Shown here: piece by piece, positions 54,971 through 64,000 of the stretch
How positions within the stretch are numbered: the first letter of the stretch is position 1
Layout: every line of letters starts with the position of its first letter
Program-made: the position numbers and the translations under genes
Notes under the pieces: model-generated
Seen by the model: the letters and a program-made list of their open reading frames with translations, nothing else
Told to the model about the DNA's origin: nothing
Databases searched by the model: none
Source: an uncultured Bdellovibrionales bacterium
Lineage (GTDB): Bacteria > Patescibacteriota > Minisyncoccia > Moranbacterales > UBA1568
DNA: 64,000 nucleotides
Reading direction: 5' to 3'
NCBI GenBank assembly: GCA_964530135.1
Contig: CAZGXN010000004.1
Location: 15,983 to 79,982, forward strand

Positions 54971-57631
54971 ATGTTCGATTTTATGTCTTTCTTCCAAAAA
55001 CTCTTTGGGTCCAATGAGCGCGAAATTGCCAAGATCCGTCCGCTCGTGGATGTGATTAATAGTCATGATGCAGTAACCACCACGCTTTCCGATGCAGCAC
55101 TCCAGGCCAAGACCGACGAATTTCGGAAGCGCCTCTCGTCTGGTGAAACGCTCGAGGATATCTTGCCGGAAGCCTATGCGGTTGTGCGTGAGGCCGCTCG
55201 TCGCGCGATTGGGGAGCGTCACTATGATGTGCAGCTCATTGGTGGCACCGTACTTCATCGTGGGACAATCGCCGAGATGAAGACAGGTGAAGGCAAGACA
55301 CTCACTTCGACACTACCGATCTATCTGAACGCGATCGCTGGAAAGGGCGTGCATGTGGTAACGGTAAACGATTATCTGGCCAAGCGTGATGCGAATTGGA
55401 TGGGCCGAGTGTACCATTTTCTCGGTCTGTCTACGGCCTGTATTTTGGGGCAGGGGGTATCGTACCGTTTTGAGCCAAAGACCACCGATACAGATGCAGT
55501 TTCGGTTGAGATGGAAAATTTGTTGGTGATTGATCGTCGAGCGGCTTATGCCTGTGATATCACCTACGGCACAAATAATGAGTTTGGCTTTGATTACCTG
55601 CGCGACAATATGGTTGCGAGCCTTGAGGATAAAGTGCAGCGTGCGTTGAATTTCGCCATCGTTGATGAAGTCGACTCTATCCTCATCGACGAGGCGCGGA
55701 CACCACTCATCATTTCGGCTCCTGATAATGAATCCACCAAGCTCTATGAGCGTTTTGCCGGTATCGTACCGCGGCTCAAAGCCGAGGAAGACTATGCGAT
55801 TGATGAAAAAATGAAGGTGGTAACCTTGACGGATGCCGGTATCGAACATGTTGAAAAATTGCTCGGTATGGAAAATATTTATGCGACGGGCAATGTCCAG
55901 TATGTGCATCATCTCGAGCAGTCGCTCAAGGCTCACATTATCTTCAAAGCTGATCGTGACTATGTCGTAAAGGATGGTGAAGTGATCATCGTTGATGATT
56001 TTACTGGTCGCCTCATGCCGGGCCGCCGTTACAGCGAGGGTTTGCACCAGGCCATCGAAGCGAAGGAGGGTGTCGCCGTGCAACGCGAGTCCCGCACGCT
56101 CGCCACGATCACATTTCAGAACTATTTCCGTCTCTATAATAAACTCGCCGGTATGACCGGTACGGCTTCAACTTCAGCTGAGGAGTTTGCCAAAGTTTAT
56201 AAGATTGATGTAACCGAGATCCCGACACACCGGCCGATGGTTCGTAAAGACTTGGCTGATGTCATCTACAAAACGGAAGTCGCCAAGTTTCAGGCGATCG
56301 CGAATAGAGTAAAGGCAGTCCATGCGACGGGACAACCAGTGCTCATCGGTACTATCGCTATCGAAAAGTCCGAATACCTCTCAGCCCTCCTCACGCGTGA
56401 GGGTATACCACACCAGGTCCTCAATGCCAAAAACCACGAGAAGGAAGCACAGATCGTCGCGGGTGCTGGTCAGAAGGGTGCGGTTACGATTGCGACGAAC
56501 ATGGCAGGGCGTGGTACCGATATCAAGTTGGGTTCGGGCGTACAAGAACTTGGTGGACTCATGATCATTGGCAGTGAACGGCATGAGGCACGGCGTATCG
56601 ATAATCAACTCCGTGGACGGGCGGGGCGTCAAGGAGACCCTGGCGTATCACAGTTTTTTGTTTCACTTGAGGATGAACTCATGCGGCGTTTCGGCGGCGA
56701 TCGGATGAAAAATATGATGACAAGTCTCGGTTTACCAGATGACGAAGCGATCGAAAATGGCCTGGTATCCAAGACGATTGAATCGGCCCAGTCAAAGATT
56801 GAGGGTTACAATTTTGATATTCGGAAGCATGTCCTTGACTATGATGATGTGATGAACAAACAGCGCGAAGTCGTCTATAAAAAACGATCCGAGTGGCTTC
56901 AAACGACTGAATACCGTGATACGACGCTTGGGCTAGTGAGTGATGAATTCGAACGCGTTGTGGGTTTTCATACGGCGAGCGATGAGAGCGAGTGGAATAT
57001 TGTCGATATTGTGGGTGAAGCCAACAATCTCTTTTCCGAGCTTGATGAAAAGGCCGCGCTGACAAAACTCGAAACGATCCGCGAAGATCGTTCACGGACT
57101 GAACCCGAAAAAAAGTCCGCCATCACCGAATACCTCGTCGGTGAAGCCAAGCGGACCTATGCGGCCAAGGAGAACGGCATCGGCAAGTCAGATTGGAATC
57201 GTTTGCAACGACTCCTTCTCCTCCAATCACTCGACACGCTTTGGATGAATCATCTCGATGAGATCGATTATCTGCGCCAGGGTATCGGGCTCAGGGGCTA
57301 CGGCCAGCGCGACCCTCTGATCGAGTACAAGCGCGAAGCCTACGATCTCTTTGTCGGTCTCATGGACACCGTGCGTAAGACCTATCTTGTAACCTTGTTC
57401 AAGATCACTCCGCTGCATCCAGGCATCACTTCTTCTACTCCTCGAGCCGTCGAGTACAAGGGCGCATCGGACACTATTGAACAATTTGCGGGTGTCAGTC
57501 TCGAAGGGAAAGAGCAGAAAGTGAAACCGTCCGAAACCCAGTCGCCCATCCACAACGCCGACTCAGTCGGTCGCAACGACCTATGCCCGTGCGGCAGCGG
57601 CAAGAAGTATAAGAAGTGTCATGGAGCATAG
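54971..57631 (+). CDS. secA: preprotein translocase ATPase SecA
   Basis: 886 aa with DEAD-like motor motifs ([37 protein letters not shown]) and a C-terminal zinc finger [14 protein letters not shown]. Confidence 0.95.
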   Translation: MFDFMSFFQKLFGSNEREIAKIRPLVDVINSHDAVTTTLSDAALQAKTDEFRKRLSSGETLEDILPEAYAVVREAARRAIGERHYDVQLIGGTVLHRGTIAEMKTGEGKTLTSTLPIYLNAIAGKGVHVVTVNDYLAKRDANWMGRVYHFLGLSTACILGQGVSYRFEPKTTDTDAVSVEMENLLVIDRRAAYACDITYGTNNEFGFDYLRDNMVASLEDKVQRALNFAIVDEVDSILIDEARTPLIISAPDNESTKLYERFAGIVPRLKAEEDYAIDEKMKVVTLTDAGIEHVEKLLGMENIYATGNVQYVHHLEQSLKAHIIFKADRDYVVKDGEVIIVDDFTGRLMPGRRYSEGLHQAIEAKEGVAVQRESRTLATITFQNYFRLYNKLAGMTGTASTSAEEFAKVYKIDVTEIPTHRPMVRKDLADVIYKTEVAKFQAIANRVKAVHATGQPVLIGTIAIEKSEYLSALLTREGIPHQVLNAKNHEKEAQIVAGAGQKGAVTIATNMAGRGTDIKLGSGVQELGGLMIIGSERHEARRIDNQLRGRAGRQGDPGVSQFFVSLEDELMRRFGGDRMKNMMTSLGLPDDEAIENGLVSKTIESAQSKIEGYNFDIRKHVLDYDDVMNKQREVVYKKRSEWLQTTEYRDTTLGLVSDEFERVVGFHTASDESEWNIVDIVGEANNLFSELDEKAALTKLETIREDRSRTEPEKKSAITEYLVGEAKRTYAAKENGIGKSDWNRLQRLLLLQSLDTLWMNHLDEIDYLRQGIGLRGYGQRDPLIEYKREAYDLFVGLMDTVRKTYLVTLFKITPLHPGITSSTPRAVEYKGASDTIEQFAGVSLEGKEQKVKPSETQSPIHNADSVGRNDLCPCGSGKKYKKCHGA

Positions 57632-57633
57632 GT

Positions 57634-58089
57634 ATGAAAAAAACGTTCGATCTCAAGAAAGGTGTGGATTTTATCGGGGTAACCTGTGTATTTTTTTGTC
57701 ATGATGGGCAGGGGAATTTGCTTATGCACAAGCGCAGTAAAAATTGCCGTGATGAGATTGGTCGGTGGGATACTGGGTCAGGATCGATGGAATTTGGTGA
57801 GACACCAAAACAGACGGTAGTTCGTGAAATAGAAGAGGAATACTGTGTGAAGCCGAAGAAATTGCAGTTTTGCGGGGTGCGTAACGTGCTTCGAATGAAC
57901 GGTGATACGGAGACGCACTGGGTGGCCTTTCTCTTTGTGGCGCAAGTGAATCCGAAAAAAGTGCATATCGGTGAACCGGAAAAAATGGAAGAGCTTTCCT
58001 GGTTTCCTTTGACAAAATTACCCAAGCCTCTCCACTCAGCATTCAAAGATCAGTTGAAGATGATTGAAAAGTTCGGGGTAAAGATATAA
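57634..58089 (+). CDS. NUDIX hydrolase
   Basis: Nudix box GSMEFGETPKQTVVREIEEEYC. ATG 57634 follows GGAG by 6 nt and lies 3 nt after the secA stop. Confidence 0.7.
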   Translation: MKKTFDLKKGVDFIGVTCVFFCHDGQGNLLMHKRSKNCRDEIGRWDTGSGSMEFGETPKQTVVREIEEEYCVKPKKLQFCGVRNVLRMNGDTETHWVAFLFVAQVNPKKVHIGEPEKMEELSWFPLTKLPKPLHSAFKDQLKMIEKFGVKI

Positions 58090-58091
58090 CT

Positions 58092-58364
58092 ATGGCGCGG
58101 ATTGAGAAAAAATTGTGGTCAGAGTATTTTGATCAGGTGGTCTCTGGTAAGAAAAAGTACGAGCTCCGCCTCAATGATTTTGAGGTGGCCGAGGGCGATA
58201 CCCTCGTTTTACGTGAATGGGATAAAGAAAAGAAAGAGTATACCGGAAGGGAAATTGTGAAACAGGTGACCGAAGTTAGTCGTTTCAAGCTGGAAGATAT
58301 TTACACCTTTAATTCAAAAGAAGAGGTGGACAGGCTGGGTATCCAGATTATTTCAATAGAGTAG
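58092..58364 (+). CDS. DUF3850/ASCH-like small protein
   Basis: KKLWSEYFDQVVSGKKKYELRLNDFEVAEGDTLVLREWD matches my memory of the DUF3850 consensus (…EYF..V.SGKK.FE.R.ND…GD.LVL.E…). Confidence 0.45.
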   Translation: MARIEKKLWSEYFDQVVSGKKKYELRLNDFEVAEGDTLVLREWDKEKKEYTGREIVKQVTEVSRFKLEDIYTFNSKEEVDRLGIQIISIE

Positions 58365-58372
58365 TTGCAACA

Positions 58373-58837
58373 TTGCGTATCTGCAAAGAAATGGAAGGGT
58401 TAGGGGGTATGTTTCTTTCTATTATCGCTGGTGCGGCCTCCTATATGGCAGCCCAACTTCTTTGGTATGCGCCGTTTGCCTTTGGACCCGAATACCTCCG
58501 GACCCGTGGCATCACTGAAGACGAGACATCTGAGATTGCATCGAAACCAGGGTATGAAGGGGAAGTTTTTGCGAGCGTTATCGTACCTGCATTCCTTATG
58601 AGCATGGCCTTGGTCACGCTCAAAACAGTAACGGACCAGTTTATCGGGACAAATAGAGGATTCCTTTTCTTTTCACTCCTCCTCTGGAGCGCCGTCAGTG
58701 TGCCCAAATATATTTTCGCATACAGTGCCGGCCGACGGCTCGAGCAGCGTTCCTTCATTCAGGAGGGTGCTTTCCTTCTGAGCTTTCTGGCCACTGTATT
58801 TGCTATCATAGGAAGCAGGCCACACATTATTTTTTGA
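58373..58837 (+). CDS. membrane protein, DUF1761-like
   Basis: 4 TM helices. LLWYAPFAFG resembles the DUF1761 signature. Start is uncertain (58373, 58391 or 58409). Confidence 0.35.
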   Translation: MRICKEMEGLGGMFLSIIAGAASYMAAQLLWYAPFAFGPEYLRTRGITEDETSEIASKPGYEGEVFASVIVPAFLMSMALVTLKTVTDQFIGTNRGFLFFSLLLWSAVSVPKYIFAYSAGRRLEQRSFIQEGAFLLSFLATVFAIIGSRPHIIF

Positions 58838-59973
58838 AATACATGTCGCGTTCACTTTCAATTCTGTTTTGGTTTATTTTTTTCTTCATTCTTATTCTTT
58901 TCGTTGGAGGGATTGGTTTTTTTGAAAAATGGCGAAATGAACGAGTAACAGCGATAGTTGAAACAACGACGCTTGCGGGTCCGCGAGAAGCCCTTGTCAT
59001 TGATTTTTCCAAATCAATTCGCGAAGCCAGTCTCGCCGGCAAAGTGATGCTCTCGCCAGCGATTCCATTCAAGACTGAGTGGCATAATTTTGGTAAACGG
59101 CTTGTCATCACACCTGAGGAAAATTGGCCTCTTGATACTCGGTATCAGTTGGTGATTGGTCGGGGGAGTACATCATTCTTTGTCCGGACACCGATCTTTT
59201 CTTTTAGTGTTGAGTCGCCGCAGTTGCCGAGGATTGTCTCGGTAACACCAACTGATCAGACGACTGATGTTGTGCTTGGCATAGAAGACCCTCTTCAAGT
59301 AGTGTTTGAGAGTTCCGTTCGAGATTTTTTTATTGATTTCCAATTTGATCCGAAGGTGGATGTCGTGTATCAAAATAATCCCGAAAAGACTGCTTTCGAG
59401 ATCTTGCCCGCTGCTGAATTATTGGCCGGAAAAAATTATACACTGAGTATTTATGCTCGCTGGCGAAGTGAAGAGGATGGTGCGGCGCGCCTCCTCAAAC
59501 AGATCACATTCACGACTCGGCCACCACTTTCGTTGCTTGCGAGTCGCGACTTCACTACTCGGATCGATACCGCCAAGCGTTCGGTACGGGCCAGACGAAC
59601 AGAGGGGAAGTATGTTGATGTAAATCTCTCCACTCAAGTACTGACACTCTTTGAGAATGGCCAGGCCGTCGATGCTTACATGATTTCATCTGGTAAGCGG
59701 GGGATGGATACCCCAACGGGTGAATTCAAGATTGAAAATAAGGCAATCCGTCCTTGGTCAAAGCGTTACAATCTCTATATGCCGTACTGGCAGGCCATCA
59801 CGCCGGATGGGTTGTATGGTATCCATGAGTTGCCGGAGTGGCCTGGTGGATATAAAGAGGGTGCAAATCATCTCGGGACACCGGTGTCGCATGGCTGTAT
59901 GCGACTGGGTGTTGGTCCTGCCAAACGCGTCTATGAGTGGGCGCCTGTTGGAACGCCGGTGGTGATATACTAA
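58834..59973 (+). CDS. L,D-transpeptidase (YkuD domain) with N-terminal membrane anchor
   Basis: The C-terminal catalytic domain carries ...HGIHE...SHGCMRL (His/Cys active-site pair). Confidence 0.75.
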   Translation: MKYMSRSLSILFWFIFFFILILFVGGIGFFEKWRNERVTAIVETTTLAGPREALVIDFSKSIREASLAGKVMLSPAIPFKTEWHNFGKRLVITPEENWPLDTRYQLVIGRGSTSFFVRTPIFSFSVESPQLPRIVSVTPTDQTTDVVLGIEDPLQVVFESSVRDFFIDFQFDPKVDVVYQNNPEKTAFEILPAAELLAGKNYTLSIYARWRSEEDGAARLLKQITFTTRPPLSLLASRDFTTRIDTAKRSVRARRTEGKYVDVNLSTQVLTLFENGQAVDAYMISSGKRGMDTPTGEFKIENKAIRPWSKRYNLYMPYWQAITPDGLYGIHELPEWPGGYKEGANHLGTPVSHGCMRLGVGPAKRVYEWAPVGTPVVIY

Positions 59974-59977
59974 CCGT

Positions 59978-60439
59978 ATGAAACGGAAACTCCTCACGCT
60001 CGTCCTCGCTATCCGTGGCACCGATATCTTGCTTGGCATGAAAAAGCGTGGCTTTGGAGCGGGTCGCTGGAACGGCTTTGGCGGCAAAGTCGAGGCAGAC
60101 GAAAGTATCGAAGCGGCGGCGCGCCGAGAAACGAAGGAAGAATGCGGTATCGACATTACTAGGATGGAAGAGGTGGGGGTGCATGAGTTCGAATTCGAAA
60201 AGGAACGCGGTACGATTTTGGAAGTCCATGTCTTCCGTGCCGATGCCTGGCATGGCGAACCCGTCGAAACCGAGGAAATGCGGCCGCAGTGGTTTCCTAT
60301 TGATGTGATTCCTTATACTGAGATGTGGCCCGACGATCGGTACTGGTTCCCGCTCTTTCTCGCCGGCAAGAAGTTCCGGACGAAATTTCTCTTCGGAGAC
60401 GGGGACGCGGTTTTGGAGCAGGATATCCGCGAAGTATAA
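59978..60439 (+). CDS. NUDIX hydrolase, MutT/MTH1-like (oxidised nucleotide sanitiser)
   Basis: GFGAGRWNGFGGKVEADESIEAAARRETKEECGI has the Nudix box plus the MTH1-type GxGxGxWNGFGGK lead-in. Confidence 0.7.
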   Translation: MKRKLLTLVLAIRGTDILLGMKKRGFGAGRWNGFGGKVEADESIEAAARRETKEECGIDITRMEEVGVHEFEFEKERGTILEVHVFRADAWHGEPVETEEMRPQWFPIDVIPYTEMWPDDRYWFPLFLAGKKFRTKFLFGDGDAVLEQDIREV

Positions 60440-60475
60440 AAGAAGATGCGCTTCGGAAGTCCGAAGCGCATGAGG

Positions 60476-61114
60476 CTAGTGGCGGCAATGCCATCGAGGA
60501 TTGGATGTTGGGGATCGGTAGATGTAGACCTCGTAGATGGCGACGAATATGCGCAGCCAGATGATGCCGACAATACCGATGACAGCCCAACTATCAGCGC
60601 ACTCAAAACCCCGCATGTGTGAGAGTCCGGTACCGATGAGGGCGGTAATACTGGCTGCGACATCAGTGATGAGGTGGAGCCATTGAGCCCAATGGTTGAT
60701 GTTTTTGTAGGCCTTGGGAACCTTCAGATGAAGCCACAGTTGACGTAGTCCGACAGCGAGAGCAAAAGCGGCGATAGCGGGGGTCCAAAGTGGTAAGACC
60801 TCAGTTGTTGACATAGCGAGTTTCAGTATCGCCTCATAGAGCATGAGGCCGCTCGTTATGCCGATGAGGAGGAGGCTTATGGCAAAGCCCCACTTGCGGA
60901 GACGAACTACATTTGAAACGAGTGTTGCGCGGTGCGCGATGTACGCATTGAGCCGATTTTCCACATAGTCGATACCCGAATGGAAACCATCAGTGATGAG
61001 TGCGAGACTTCCGGATAGAAAGCCTGCGGCGAGCTCGATGACACAGACAAGTAAAGAAAGCGGGGCGAGACCGAGGAGGTAGTGGTCCCGTTCGGAATGG
61101 TGGTGATGAACCAT
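60476..61114 (-). CDS. cation diffusion facilitator-family transporter (membrane domain only, His-rich N-terminus)
   Basis: MVHHHHSERDH N-terminus. CDF signature SLALITDGFHSGIDY in TM2. 5-6 TM helices. No C-terminal cytoplasmic domain. Confidence 0.55.
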   Translation of the reverse strand: MVHHHHSERDHYLLGLAPLSLLVCVIELAAGFLSGSLALITDGFHSGIDYVENRLNAYIAHRATLVSNVVRLRKWGFAISLLLIGITSGLMLYEAILKLAMSTTEVLPLWTPAIAAFALAVGLRQLWLHLKVPKAYKNINHWAQWLHLITDVAASITALIGTGLSHMRGFECADSWAVIGIVGIIWLRIFVAIYEVYIYRSPTSNPRWHCRH

Positions 61115-61254
61115 GGCGGCACCTCTCGATTGGTAAAGAAGAAAAGACAGTATGTCGGACAAGTGGTACAACTGTCAAATTGCGGCTTGATTTGGGGCTT
61201 GGAATGTGGTAAAAAAGACTTTGTAGGTCAAATGTCATTTGAAGTTTATAGAAG

Positions 61255-61328
61255 GGGCCTGTAGTAAAGTGGTATTACGCAGCATTCGCATTGCTGAGTC
61301 GGGAGTTCGATTCTCCCCAGGTCCACCA
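61255..61328 (+). tRNA. tRNA-Ala (anticodon CGC)
   Basis: Acceptor GGGCCTG/CAGGTCC includes the G3·U70 alanine identity pair. Anticodon stem CAGCA/TGCTG with loop TTCGCAT. T arm GGGAG-TTCGATT-CTCCC. Encoded CCA. Confidence 0.85.
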
Positions 61329-61483
61329 CAAAGGAGCTTTTTGTTGTTCGAGTCCATTTTGAGGGAAGCTGACTCGTCTTCGTTTCGTTTGAGCACAGCG
61401 GAAATTTCCCCCCGCCATATACCTCACTTGGGCTTGGAAAATTTTTTGGCAGAATTGAGAAAAGGATAGAATATTGATATAAT

Positions 61484-61531
61484 TGATTTGCAAGTCATAT
61501 AATTATTATATTATATTCAATATATTATAAT
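61484..61531 (+). promoter_or_regulatory. candidate C-box operator plus -10 (leaderless) of the restriction-modification controller gene
   Basis: Imperfect palindrome TGATTTGCAAGTCA at 61484-97. TATAAT at 61526-31 ends 5 nt before the ATG at 61537. No SD is present. Confidence 0.3.
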
Positions 61532-61536
61532 CTACT

Positions 61537-61737
61537 ATGTCTACAATAGGGAGGAACATCAAACGATACCGGCAGGACAAAAGGCTTTCGCAGGATAAGT
61601 TGTCCAAACTTGCTGATTTATCACTCAATACAGTTGTGAAGATAGAGCTGGATGAAAGTCCAAACCCGACCATTGAGACGATCCAAAAAATTGCGAAAGC
61701 TCTTGAAGTGTCAGTTGATGATTTGCTAAAAAAATAA
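61537..61737 (+). CDS. XRE-family HTH protein, probable R-M controller (C) protein
   Basis: 66 aa. HTH LSQDKLSKLADLSLNTVVKIE. It lies immediately upstream of the endonuclease candidate, with a 2-nt gap. Confidence 0.6.
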   Translation: MSTIGRNIKRYRQDKRLSQDKLSKLADLSLNTVVKIELDESPNPTIETIQKIAKALEVSVDDLLKK

Positions 61738-61739
61738 CT

Positions 61740-62534
61740 ATGAAAAAAACTTTAAACCCTTGGACACAATTAAGTATTGAATACGCAAACCAACGGAGCT
61801 ACTTGGATGATTTGTTTCAGGTATATCCAACAATTCCTGAAGGGATTCGGGAACTTAATGTCGAGCATTGGAATGATGTAAAAAAGGCATTTGAAAAGCG
61901 GGATAATAATGCTCTTCTGAAAAACCTTGTGAAGTTAAATTTATTTCCGATTAAGGATTCCTATGTCGCTTACTTAAAGAGAGACAAAACTGCCCTAGAA
62001 CGCAATCCTGCGACTGCCGCACGTCTTTCGGGTCGTTTGTATGAAATGGGGCTTGATACTATTTATGCTCGTTGCTCCGAAGCAAAAGAAACCAACCGAC
62101 AAATTGGTCCGCTTTTCAAACGCTGGCTCAATAAGAAATCTTTGGGAATCCAACCAGTAAAATTGGAGCAATTCCTAGCCACAAAAGAAAATGCAATATT
62201 AGACGCTAGTGATGCCCAGTTAATGGCATTCGCACGAGAACATTTGAACTACAAACACAACAAAGGACTGGATTTTGTTGGGCGTTTCAACGGGAAATAT
62301 GTTATTGGTGAAGCAAAGTTTTTAACCGACTTTGGTGGACACCAAAACGCTCAATTCAATGACGCTATTTCTACAATCAAAGCCAAAAATGTTAAGGCGA
62401 TCAAGATAGCAATTCTTGATGGCGTTCTTTTTATCAAGGGCAAAAATAAAATGTATAAGGATATTACGGGAAAGCTAAAAGACGAAAATATTATGAGTGC
62501 GCTTGTTTTGCGCGAATTTCTCTATCAAATATAG
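61740..62534 (+). CDS. Type II restriction endonuclease candidate (PD-(D/E)XK)
   Basis: 264 aa located between the C gene and the methyltransferase. It has a D…GEAKF (D-x(n)-E-x-K) motif (LDFVGRFNGKYVIGEAKF). AT-rich composition. Confidence 0.45.
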   Translation: MKKTLNPWTQLSIEYANQRSYLDDLFQVYPTIPEGIRELNVEHWNDVKKAFEKRDNNALLKNLVKLNLFPIKDSYVAYLKRDKTALERNPATAARLSGRLYEMGLDTIYARCSEAKETNRQIGPLFKRWLNKKSLGIQPVKLEQFLATKENAILDASDAQLMAFAREHLNYKHNKGLDFVGRFNGKYVIGEAKFLTDFGGHQNAQFNDAISTIKAKNVKAIKIAILDGVLFIKGKNKMYKDITGKLKDENIMSALVLREFLYQI

Positions 62535-62539
62535 ATGTT

Positions 62540-63655
62540 ATGTTTATCACTTATGACAATAAAAAACATGAGAAAGATATTCTCGAAAAAACTTCAAGAG
62601 CAGAACTAAAAACTGTATCAGGCAAGGGAGCGAAAAATAAGCTCATACACGCTGATAATCTTTCCACCCTTAAAACTTTGCTTGACGATTATTCCGGCAA
62701 AGTTGATTTAGTTTATATTGACCCTCCATTTGCAACCAACGGACATTTCAAAATCAGCGAGGGTCGCGCAAACACAATCAGTAGTAGCAACGGAGACGCA
62801 ATTGCATACAGCGATACTTTGCTAGGTGCTGATTTTTTAGAATTTTTGCGCGAGAGATTGATTTTGCTACGAGAATTGATGTCAGATCGCGGTTCTATTT
62901 ATTTGCATATTGACTACAAAATCGGACACTATGTAAAACTCATAATGGACGAGGTTTTTGGAATAAAAAATTTTAGAAATGATATTACACGAATTAAGTG
63001 CAACCCTAAAAATTTTCAACGGAAAGCATACGGAAATACTAAAGACCTAATCCTTTTTTATTCCAAAGCAGAAAATCCTGTATGGAATGACCCAAAAGCA
63101 CCTTATTCTCATGATGACGTAGAGCGTCTTTTTAAGAAAACTGATAAAGACAATAGAAAATATACAACCATTCCTCTACATGCACCAGGCGAGACAGCAA
63201 ATGGCAATACTGGTAAAGAATGGCGGGGAGTAACTCCGCCAAAGGGAAGACACTGGCGGAGCGATCCCGCCATTCTGGAAGAATGGGATAAACAAGGACT
63301 TATCGAATGGTCGTCAAATGGTGTGCCGAGAAAAAAGATTTTTGTTGATGAAAGAGATGGGAAAAAAATGCAGGATATTTGGGAGTTCAAAGACCCTCAA
63401 TATCCCGATTATCCTACGGAAAAAAATCTTGATTTGCTCAAATTTATAGTTGGAGCTTCCTCAAACGAGGGCGATTTAGTCCTTGATTGTTTTTGCGGTT
63501 CAGGGACTACGCTTGTTGCAGCGCAAGAGTTAAATCGAAATTGGATTGGAATTGATAAATCAGAGCCAGCAATCAAAGTTGTTCAGAAAAAATTAAACAA
63601 TATGCCGAGTAGTTTATTCTCAAAAGTTGAATATGAATTTTTGATGCAAAAATAA
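62540..63655 (+). CDS. DNA methyltransferase, beta-class amino-MTase (probably N6-adenine)
   Basis: Motif IV VYIDPPF precedes motif I VLDCFCGSGTT; this is the beta order. DPPF favours m6A over m4C. Confidence 0.8.
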   Translation: MFITYDNKKHEKDILEKTSRAELKTVSGKGAKNKLIHADNLSTLKTLLDDYSGKVDLVYIDPPFATNGHFKISEGRANTISSSNGDAIAYSDTLLGADFLEFLRERLILLRELMSDRGSIYLHIDYKIGHYVKLIMDEVFGIKNFRNDITRIKCNPKNFQRKAYGNTKDLILFYSKAENPVWNDPKAPYSHDDVERLFKKTDKDNRKYTTIPLHAPGETANGNTGKEWRGVTPPKGRHWRSDPAILEEWDKQGLIEWSSNGVPRKKIFVDERDGKKMQDIWEFKDPQYPDYPTEKNLDLLKFIVGASSNEGDLVLDCFCGSGTTLVAAQELNRNWIGIDKSEPAIKVVQKKLNNMPSSLFSKVEYEFLMQK

Positions 63656-63656
63656 C

Positions 63657-63905
63657 ATGACAACAAAGGCAGAAAAAATTTTCAAAGCATCGCTATATAT
63701 CCTTGTGGTCTTTTTTTATTGGCACTTATGTTTTAGGCAAAGCTTTTGGATGGATTTACCAAACAAAAAAGCGAGTAGGATTAGAGTGCTTCATTCGGGA
63801 AATTTTGAAGATATGAGCAAATGGGAAGATGCCTTTGAGTGGCTTATTTCTGAAGCTGAAAAGTTCCATAGCGTATTTCCAAAGTATATTCGCCTTGAAG
63901 AATAA
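63657..63905 (+). CDS. hypothetical small protein
   Basis: 82 aa. ATG lies 1 nt after the MTase stop. AT-rich. One hydrophobic segment. Confidence 0.3.
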   Translation: MTTKAEKIFKASLYILVVFFYWHLCFRQSFWMDLPNKKASRIRVLHSGNFEDMSKWEDAFEWLISEAEKFHSVFPKYIRLEE

Positions 63906-64000
63906 TTCTTTATCGCAATGTATCATCCCATCCAACCACCAGAAGGAAGTATTGAATGGATGAAGGAGATGGTGAAGAAGAATGAGGGGCGTGAACTGAC

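Noticed and set aside
55313-56083. 256-aa minus-strand ORF inside secA
   Set aside because: Shadow of secA.
61239-61469. 76-aa ORF overlapping tRNA-Ala
   Set aside because: It overlaps a well-folded tRNA gene. No SD.
1-64000. CRISPR arrays, IS elements, integrases, prophage genes
   Set aside because: No regular direct-repeat/spacer arrays were seen. No transposase or integrase-like ORFs were seen. No terminal inverted repeats were recognised.

Overview
This is a gene-dense bacterial chromosomal window of about 50-52% GC. It is mostly housekeeping and cell-envelope genes. Short-form ProRS, an ADP-forming acetyl-CoA synthetase, many glycosyltransferases and many small membrane proteins suggest a small-genome (Patescibacteria/CPR-like) bacterium; that placement is inference only.

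Gene content in order:
- 1-3.0 kb, minus strand: an Rrf2-sufC-sufB-sufD Fe-S cluster operon.
- 3.1-9.3 kb: dus and an envelope quality-control cluster (ftsB, a PpiC-type PPIase, htrA, a membrane protein, and a catalytically dead HtrA paralog).
- 9.4-13.4 kb: proS, an archaeal-type UMP kinase, ispH and a GT4 glycosyltransferase.
- 13.4-16.8 kb, minus strand: a GT-C-like membrane glycosyltransferase operon.
- 16.9-19.3 kb: a membrane-anchored ClpA/B-like AAA+ ATPase.
- 19.5-23.8 kb: mreB-mreC-mreD-mrdA.
- 23.9-27.5 kb: greA, then lysS / tRNA-Val(CAC) / serS / tRNA-Lys(UUU).
- 27.6-30.5 kb: a BNR-repeat lipoprotein, frr and rseP.
- 30.6-47.5 kb: a surface-polysaccharide locus. It has two Wzz-like proteins, an O-antigen-ligase-like protein, a SAM methyltransferase, two GT4 glycosyltransferases, an ADP-forming acyl-CoA synthetase and a DUF4012 protein. 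A roughly 6.7-kb GC-rich (about 60-63% GC) island at 31.4-38.0 kb interrupts it.
- 48.4-53.8 kb: a trmD-ftsW-murG-murC-murB block.
- 54.4-60.4 kb: hpf, secA, two NUDIX hydrolases and an L,D-transpeptidase.
- 60.5-61.1 kb: a CDF transporter.
- 61.3 kb: tRNA-Ala(CGC).
- 61.5-63.9 kb: an AT-rich (about 35% GC) C-protein / restriction endonuclease / beta-class methyltransferase system.

The GC-rich island carries seven stand-alone genes (one of them a 38-aa ORF) for secreted, lipo- or LysM proteins. Each has a strong Shine-Dalgarno sequence, and the set includes a tandem-duplicated gene with its terminator.

Many genes are preceded by near-consensus TTGACA-17-TAnnnT promoters. No CRISPR arrays or transposase genes were seen. 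All functional calls rest on motif recognition by eye; no database searches were run.
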